Translations under genes and position numbers: made by a program | Shown here: one piece after another, positions 57,896-64,000 of the stretch | Layout of the letters: each line of letters starts with the position of its first letter | How positions within the stretch are numbered: position 1 is the stretch's first letter | The notes under the pieces: model-generated | What the model saw: only the letters and a program-made list of their open reading frames with translations | Told to the model about the DNA's origin: nothing | The model's database searches: none | From: Candidatus Pacebacteria bacterium CG2_30_36_39 | GTDB lineage: Bacteria > Patescibacteriota > Microgenomatia > UBA1400 > PJMF01 | Reading direction: 5' to 3' | NCBI GenBank assembly: GCA_001873435.1 | Contig: MNZB01000004.1 | Span: forward strand, 158,980 to 222,979 | Length of the DNA stretch: 64,000 bases

Positions 57896-59515
57896 CTACA
57901 TCATACCTGGCATACCACCACCTGGCATAACTGGTTCATCCTTCTTTGGCAAATCAGTAACCAAACACTCAGTAGTCAAAATCATTGATGCCACAGAAGC
58001 AGCATTTTCCAACGAAGAAATAGCTACCTTTGCAGGCTCAATAACACCAGCCTTAACCAAATCCTCAAACTCATTAGTCACGGCATTAAAACCCCAAGTA
58101 TCACTATTCTTAGCCAACACCTGACCAACTACCCAACCGGCATCTTCACCAGAATTGGTAGCCAACATACGCAAAGGCTCTTGCAACACCGAACTAATCA
58201 AATCAACTCCGGTCTTTTCATCTTCACTAGAAGTCTTAATTTCTTTTAAAACCTTAATAGTACGAAGCAAAGTCACGCCACCACCTGGAATGATACCGTC
58301 TTCAATAGCAGCCTTAGTTGCTTCTTTGGCATCCTTAACTCTCTCCTGAAGATTCTTCATCTCAATCTCTGTGCTTGCACCAACCTGAATCACTGCAACA
58401 CCACCAGTTAAACGAGCCCTGCGTTCTTGAAGCTTCTCAATATCAAACTCAGAAGTGGAAGCCTTTATCTCTGCCAAAATTTGAGCTACACGAGCATTAA
58501 TATCATTCTTGGTACCCTTACCACCCACAATACGAGTGGAATCTTTGGTACACCTAACACTATCTGCTCTACCCAAAGACTCAATAGTAATATCTTTGAG
58601 AGCTCTACCGGTTTCAGTACTAACGAAATCTGCTCCAGTCAAAACAGCAATATCTTGAAGCATAGCCTTACGACGATCACCAAAACCTGGTGCCTTAACT
58701 GGCAAAGCCTTGAAAGAACCACGAAGCTTATTTACTACCAAAGTAGTTAGAGCTTCACCCTCAATATCATCGGCAATCATTACCAAACCCTTGCCAGCAT
58801 TAACTACTTGCTCAAGAACTGGCAAAATCTCCTTAATATTAGTAATTTTCTGGTCAGTCACCAAAATAAATGGATCTTCAATTACTGCCTCCATATTTTC
58901 AGAATCAGTAACAAAATAAGGAGAAGCATAACCTTTATCAAACTCCATACCCTCTTTGTGTTGAATCTCTATTTCCATGGTCTTACCCTCTTCAACCTCA
59001 ACAACACCATCCTTACCCACCAACTTTAGAGCTTCGGCAATTTTCTTACCAATCTCTTCATTTTGAGCAGAAATAGTAGCTACCTTCTCCCAATCACTTT
59101 CAGTAACTGGCTTAGCAACTTTACGGATCTCATTAACCACAGCCTTAACAGCCTTATCAATACCACGCTTCATAATCATTGGATTAGCACCAGCAGTTAC
59201 ATATTTCATGCCTCTTTCACTAATTTTCCAAGCCAAAAGAGTTGCAGTAGTAGTACCATCGCCAGCTACATCATTAGTTTTAGAAGCAGCTTCTTTAACT
59301 AATTGAGCACCCATATTTTCAAATTTATCCTCAAGTTCAATTTCTTTTGCTACAGTTACACCATCATGGATAACGTTGGGAGCACCCCAAGCTCGATCTA
59401 AAGCCACATTGCGACCCTTAGGACCCAAAGTTGTAGTAACTGCTTGAGCCAATTGGGTAATACCAATTAACATTTTTTGTCTAGCATCACTGCCGAATAA
59501 AAGTTGTTTTGCCAT
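57896..59515 (-). CDS. groL: Chaperonin GroEL
   Basis: [30 protein letters not shown] tail. Confidence 0.99.
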   Translation of the reverse strand: MAKQLLFGSDARQKMLIGITQLAQAVTTTLGPKGRNVALDRAWGAPNVIHDGVTVAKEIELEDKFENMGAQLVKEAASKTNDVAGDGTTTATLLAWKISERGMKYVTAGANPMIMKRGIDKAVKAVVNEIRKVAKPVTESDWEKVATISAQNEEIGKKIAEALKLVGKDGVVEVEEGKTMEIEIQHKEGMEFDKGYASPYFVTDSENMEAVIEDPFILVTDQKITNIKEILPVLEQVVNAGKGLVMIADDIEGEALTTLVVNKLRGSFKALPVKAPGFGDRRKAMLQDIAVLTGADFVSTETGRALKDITIESLGRADSVRCTKDSTRIVGGKGTKNDINARVAQILAEIKASTSEFDIEKLQERRARLTGGVAVIQVGASTEIEMKNLQERVKDAKEATKAAIEDGIIPGGGVTLLRTIKVLKEIKTSSEDEKTGVDLISSVLQEPLRMLATNSGEDAGWVVGQVLAKNSDTWGFNAVTNEFEDLVKAGVIEPAKVAISSLENAASVASMILTTECLVTDLPKKDEPVMPGGGMPGMM

Positions 59516-59552
59516 AAAATAAATCCTTTCAAAAAAATAAAATCTATTTCAA

Positions 59553-59873
59553 TTATTTAATAATTGCCAAAATATCTTCATACTTAAGAAATTGATACTC
59601 AACATCATTCATAACCACTTCATTGCCACCCCATTTTTTATAAATCACAGAATCACCCTTTTTCACCTTAATTGATCCAGGTGAACAAGATTTTCCATCT
59701 TCACATTTGCAATCCAATAACTCTCCACAAGCCAAAACCTTACCATATTGAGGTTTTTCTGTCTCATTTTCTGGAAGAATAATTCCAGAGACAGTTTTTT
59801 CTTCAACCTTAGTTGGCTCCACCAAAACATATCCTGGCATTGGTTTAATTTGTGATAAAGAAAAATCTTTCAT
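59553..59873 (-). CDS. groS: Co-chaperonin GroES
   Basis: IKP...VLVE, TVSGIILP, EKPQYG, EDILAII. Confidence 0.95.
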   Translation of the reverse strand: MKDFSLSQIKPMPGYVLVEPTKVEEKTVSGIILPENETEKPQYGKVLACGELLDCKCEDGKSCSPGSIKVKKGDSVIYKKWGGNEVVMNDVEYQFLKYEDILAIIK

Positions 59874-59968
59874 AAAACATTCCTTTTATCTTTTATATAC
59901 TTTTTAACAATAGCGACTGACTTATAACTGCTTTTCTTTATTTTTTCAAGCCAGCCTAATCAGTCAAA

Positions 59969-60006
59969 TTAGCAATTATAATAATCGACTGCTAAAAACT
60001 TGTCAA
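59969..60006 (-). promoter_or_regulatory. CIRCE operator overlapping the groES promoter
   Basis: TTAGCAGTC-N9-AATTGCTAA (59969-59995) downstream of TTGACA (60001-60006). Confidence 0.8.
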
Positions 60007-60046
60007 CTACCTTACCTCAATAAAAAAACAAAATTGCATCAAACAA

Positions 60047-60691
60047 TTATTCTTTGGGGGCAGTTTGTTCAGAAACCTGATGATTTAAAGGTGGAACCTC
60101 TGATTGCAAGACTGTTTGCTCGCGACCACTTGCAGATTTAGATCTAACCTCTGAAAGCAAAAAACCTTCACAATTCAATCCTCTATCAGCAAAATGTTTA
60201 TTCAAATCATCACGGATAATGGCTTCAACTTGGGAACGATTATTCTTGATTTCATCAAGAGTATATTGACTCATTAAAGAAGAAATACGACTACGAGAAA
60301 AAGGTCTAACAACCTTAGAAACTACATTTTCACCAATATTTTCCCAAATTTCTGGAGCATTATGACGATCAATTCTAAAAAGCACAGAGCCTTCTACAGA
60401 AATATCTTTTCCGTCTTTGGTAGAAGTAAGAACTGGTTGATCTCCCAATGCCTCTTTATTAGCCGAAATATCAAAATGCTTATCAATAGAATACTCAAGG
60501 ACTTGAGCATTAAATAATTTGGCAACTTGCCAAAATGGAATCTTCAAATGGAGACCTGGACCCCAAACCTTGGGCAAAACACCTCGACCACGATCATAAA
60601 CACAAGCTACTTGGCCTGGTGGCACAGAAATAAAAAAGCCACCTACTACTTCATCTACAAAAAACGAAACAACTAGTCGATCAAATTCCAT
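60047..60691 (-). CDS. SPFH/prohibitin-domain protein
   Basis: VPPGQV, GPGLHLKIPF, TKDG..ISVEGSV.FRI. Confidence 0.85.
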   Translation of the reverse strand: MEFDRLVVSFFVDEVVGGFFISVPPGQVACVYDRGRGVLPKVWGPGLHLKIPFWQVAKLFNAQVLEYSIDKHFDISANKEALGDQPVLTSTKDGKDISVEGSVLFRIDRHNAPEIWENIGENVVSKVVRPFSRSRISSLMSQYTLDEIKNNRSQVEAIIRDDLNKHFADRGLNCEGFLLSEVRSKSASGREQTVLQSEVPPLNHQVSEQTAPKE

Positions 60692-60733
60692 AGAATACTA
60701 TTCTACCCTAAAAAATCATTCTTGGGAAAAGAA

Positions 60734-61111
60734 TTATGCATCCAAACCATCATCACCAGATACAATTGCTTGAAAAAGACCAAGCGTCTCCCTAAGTTGG
60801 GTCATAACTTCTACTGACAAACGCACAGTCTCACTATCCATTTTTACACCATCCAACTGAACTAAAGAATCATCTACAAAATCCTCAGCCATACCAGTTA
60901 CAAACTCTTCATTCTCCCTCAACCATTCTTTTTGCTCATTTCTGCCCCTAGCAGAAAGCTGTTGCAAAATCTTTGAGATTTCTTGAATTTCTTTTTGGCG
61001 ACGATATAGATCAAAACGAACTTTCTCCCCTTGCTCATCATTTGAATCAGGATCAGAAAGCAGTTCATCCATAAAAACTTTAATATTACGTTTTCTTGGC
61101 ATGCGGCGCAA
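60734..61111 (-). CDS. Hypothetical protein
   Basis: 125 aa ORF; TATAAT immediately upstream. Confidence 0.65.
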   Translation of the reverse strand: MRRMPRKRNIKVFMDELLSDPDSNDEQGEKVRFDLYRRQKEIQEISKILQQLSARGRNEQKEWLRENEEFVTGMAEDFVDDSLVQLDGVKMDSETVRLSVEVMTQLRETLGLFQAIVSGDDGLDA

Positions 61112-61174
61112 TTATACTGTAGTTTTTATAACAAGGGGATGAAATTTTAAAAACTGGTACAATATATACCTCTG

Positions 61175-62248
61175 GTGCAAATCATAAAATATAACCAAAC
61201 CAACCAAAAAGAAATCATTCCCGTAGTTTGCAAAACTCTAGCGGCAGGTGGTCTAGTGATTTATCCAACTGAAACAGTCTATGGAATTGGTGTTGATGCC
61301 ACCAACCCAATTGCCGTAGAAAAACTCTTAAAATACAAAAGCCGCCGAGAAGGAAAACCACTTTCAATCGCTGTAACCGATAAAAAAATGGCTCAAAAAT
61401 ATGTGGAATTCTCAAATCAAGCTGAGCAATTCTATGACCGCTTCCTACCAGGACCATACACCCTTGTTTCCAAAGGCAAACATTTAGTAGCCCCATTTGT
61501 AGAATCAGAATTTGGAACTCTAGGAATAAGAATTTCCAGCCATCCACTAATTTCAGAAATAGTAAAAACATTTGGCAAACCAATAACAGCCACATCCGCC
61601 AATGCCTCAGGTGAAAAAAGACCATATTCAATCCAGGACATCCTTGACCGTTTATCAGAAAAACAAAAAAAACTAATTAACCTAATCATCGATGCTGGAA
61701 CCCTTCCACCCAATGAACCATCAATAGTAATTGATACCACTCTCTCAACACCACTAACTGTTAGAGGACAACTAGATATCAGTAGATCTCAAACATTCAC
61801 AACCAACTCCAATCAAGAAACAAGAGATTTGGCTGGAAAACTCCTTTTAAAAAACTGGAACACCCTAAAAGAAAAAGGCCTAATCATCGGCCTAAATGGC
61901 GAATTAGGAACTGGTAAAACTGTTTTTACCCAAGGCATAGCCCAATTTTTGCAAATCAAAGAACAAATATCCTCACCAACCTATACCTACATGAACGAAT
62001 ATCACTTCAATCGACACAACATTGATGGTCAACTCCTTCACTTGGACGTTTGGAAAATTGATTCTAAAGAAATGTTTAACCTACTAGAAATACCAAAACT
62101 AATTAAACCAAACACCGTCGTAGTAATTGAATGGTGGCAACAAATTGCTAATTATTGGCCAACAAACTTACCAATTACTTTTACCATCAACCTTGAAGAA
62201 ACTGGTGAAAACTCCAGAAAAATTCTATTACAAGAAAACCAACAATAA
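61175..62248 (+). CDS. tsaC: Fused TsaC (Sua5/YrdC)-TsaE protein for t6A tRNA modification
   Basis: YPTETVYG, PGPYT, ITATSAN, then GELGTGKT, SSPTY, HLDVWK, IEW. Confidence 0.9.
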   Translation: MQIIKYNQTNQKEIIPVVCKTLAAGGLVIYPTETVYGIGVDATNPIAVEKLLKYKSRREGKPLSIAVTDKKMAQKYVEFSNQAEQFYDRFLPGPYTLVSKGKHLVAPFVESEFGTLGIRISSHPLISEIVKTFGKPITATSANASGEKRPYSIQDILDRLSEKQKKLINLIIDAGTLPPNEPSIVIDTTLSTPLTVRGQLDISRSQTFTTNSNQETRDLAGKLLLKNWNTLKEKGLIIGLNGELGTGKTVFTQGIAQFLQIKEQISSPTYTYMNEYHFNRHNIDGQLLHLDVWKIDSKEMFNLLEIPKLIKPNTVVVIEWWQQIANYWPTNLPITFTINLEETGENSRKILLQENQQ

Positions 62249-63330
62249 TGCCACACAACAACCCAATTATCTTAGCAATAGATACTTCATGCGATGAAAC
62301 ATCTATCGCTGTAACCCAGGGACAAAAAATCCTCAGCAATGCCATTGCTTCACAAATAGAATTACACAAACAATATGGTGGAGTTTTTCCAACAGTTGCC
62401 AAACAAGCACATAAAGACAATATCGAACCGACAATTAAAGCAGCACTTAAAAAAGCTAAAATTAAACTCTCAGAACTAACTGCCATTGCCGTAACACAAG
62501 GACCTGGATTAGCGCCTGCTTTAGAAATTGGTATTACTAAAGCCAAGGAATTAGGCCAACAACTAAAAATTCCTGTTCTACCAATAAACCATATTGAAGG
62601 CCATAGCATTTCTGTTTTAGCCCAACCAACTCCAAAAAATAAAAATTTTAAACCAATAAATCCTCAATTCCCAGTTCTAAGCATCATAGTTTCTGGAGGA
62701 CACACTGAATTCATTTTAATTAATAAAATTGGTTCCTATCAAAAACTAGGTTTTACCCTAGATGATGCGGCTGGAGAATGCTTGGATAAAGTAGGTCGTC
62801 TATTAGGGCTTGGATATCCAGCTGGCTCAGTTGTAGAAAAATTGGCAAAAAAAGGCAACGCAAAAGCATTTCCATTCCCATTACCCATGACCACTAGTAA
62901 CGATTTCAACCTAAGCTTCTCAGGCATAAAAACTCACTCAAAAAATGCAATTAAAAAACTAGAAACAGAAAAAAAACTAAATCCTAAAACAATCGCAGAC
63001 TTCTGTGCCTCCCTTCAATTTGGAGTTTTCAAGCATTTAACTTATAAACTAAAAAAATTACTAACAAAAATTGAAATTAAAGAAATCTGGTTGGGTGGTG
63101 GCGTAGCTGCCAATGTCTTATTACGTGCAAACTTAAGAAAAATAGCACAAAAAAAACAAATAAAATTCAGAGCTCCATACTCAAAAAAACTAACTGGTGA
63201 TAACGCAGCCATGATTGGTGTTGCAGCTCACTATTTATATCTAAGATCTTCAAAAAAAGAGTTAGAAACCTTGAAAAAAACTCCTATTGATCGCAAACCC
63301 CACTGGAGCATAGAAAACAATAGTATATAA
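62248..63330 (+). CDS. tsaD: tRNA threonylcarbamoyltransferase TsaD
   Basis: AIDTSCDET, GPGL, NHIEGH, VSGGHT, DDAAGECLDK, GGVAAN, DNAAMI. Confidence 0.97.
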   Translation: MPHNNPIILAIDTSCDETSIAVTQGQKILSNAIASQIELHKQYGGVFPTVAKQAHKDNIEPTIKAALKKAKIKLSELTAIAVTQGPGLAPALEIGITKAKELGQQLKIPVLPINHIEGHSISVLAQPTPKNKNFKPINPQFPVLSIIVSGGHTEFILINKIGSYQKLGFTLDDAAGECLDKVGRLLGLGYPAGSVVEKLAKKGNAKAFPFPLPMTTSNDFNLSFSGIKTHSKNAIKKLETEKKLNPKTIADFCASLQFGVFKHLTYKLKKLLTKIEIKEIWLGGGVAANVLLRANLRKIAQKKQIKFRAPYSKKLTGDNAAMIGVAAHYLYLRSSKKELETLKKTPIDRKPHWSIENNSI

Positions 63331-63337
63331 TCAAAAT

Positions 63338-64000
63338 GTGTCAAATCTACAGGTGACACCTATAACCGGCCTGCCTCAAGTCGATGGTTGGTCTCAAGTC
63401 ATTTCCAATCCCTCTGGTTCCTTATTTTGCGTTTTAGGCGTTCAAGGCCAAAATGCCAATTCAGTTGGTAAAAACCTCAGCGAACTACTATTAAATAGTT
63501 CAGCCAATTCCAGCTCAGAACTCCATAACTTATTACTGGATTTACTGCAACGAGCTCGTGAAGAACTATGTCAAATCCAATGTGCTTGTTTGATTCTCAC
63601 CCCAGAAAAGAAAATTATTATTGCTGCTCAAAAAGGCTCCGTATTTCTTAAAAGACAAGAAAAGGTAGGAGAAATCTTAATTTCTGATGGATCTCTAGAA
63701 ATGATTGAGGGCAATTTTAAAAACGGAGACATATTTGCCCTAGTCACACAACAAGCTAAAGAAATATTTCCTCAACTAAAAAATTCTCTAATAGATGAAT
63801 CTGAAGTTATAGCAACAAAACTAGTAGCAGAACTTCAAGAGCAAACTGACTCATCTCTAACAGCCATAGCCTGGTTGGAGCAGGATAAAAATCAAGACCA
63901 TTATATTGAAAATCATACTCCAACTAAAAAAACACGCTTAAAACTAATTGGAATTATTCCAAGCCTCAACAAACTCAAAACACAAAATTCAATATTATTA
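63338..64000 (+). CDS. Hypothetical protein, 5' part only; possible degenerate PP2C-like N-terminal fold
   Basis: Open frame from GTG at 63338 (MSNLQVTPITGLPQVDGWSQV...GSLFCVL...GDIFALVT) running to the window end; TATAAT 6 nt upstream. Confidence 0.65.
   Translation, partial: MSNLQVTPITGLPQVDGWSQVISNPSGSLFCVLGVQGQNANSVGKNLSELLLNSSANSSSELHNLLLDLLQRAREELCQIQCACLILTPEKKIIIAAQKGSVFLKRQEKVGEILISDGSLEMIEGNFKNGDIFALVTQQAKEIFPQLKNSLIDESEVIATKLVAELQEQTDSSLTAIAWLEQDKNQDHYIENHTPTKKTRLKLIGIIPSLNKLKTQNSILL

Noticed and set aside
1-64000. CRISPR array, rRNA, IS elements, prophage; the many short antisense ORFs in the track
   Set aside because: No regularly spaced repeats, rRNA-like tracts, transposases or phage structural genes were seen. 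The short overlapping ORFs are shadows of well-supported genes.

Overview
AT-rich bacterial chromosome segment with mostly minus-strand genes and standard genetic code. The gene set (short IF2 without N-terminal domains, nusA-infB-rpsO-pnp without rimP/rbfA/truB, stand-alone 5'-3' exonuclease, TsaC-TsaE fusion, AAA-only Lon, many GT-C glycosyltransferases) suggests a Patescibacteria/CPR genome, probably Microgenomates-like; this is inference. The housekeeping backbone is pyrE, ftsK, rnj, udg, rpe/rpiB, a suf operon with ferredoxin and reductase, sod, pnp, rpsO, infB, nusA, dnaJ, hrcA-grpE-dnaK, ftsH, trpS, a Xer-like recombinase, groESL, tsaC/E-tsaD and two divergent CAT-anticodon tRNAs. The main discovery is four separate, compositionally distinct transcription units (31.2-33.2 kb, 36.6-37.4 kb, 56.7-57.4 kb, 57.4-57.8 kb), all encoding exported or lipoprotein products. 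They share a pre-rRNA-like layout: near-consensus sigma70 promoter, 5' hairpin, boxA-like motif, Shine-Dalgarno (SD), ORF(s), then a trailer complementary to the boxA-containing leader segment just before an intrinsic terminator. Each coding region would therefore be closed by a long-range RNA stem. Also found: an unannotated Trp-Trp leader-peptide attenuator upstream of trpS, three CIRCE-like operators, a long pnp leader stem, widespread leaderless-type promoters and a segment with reversed strand skew. All structures were read by eye; no folding or database search was run.
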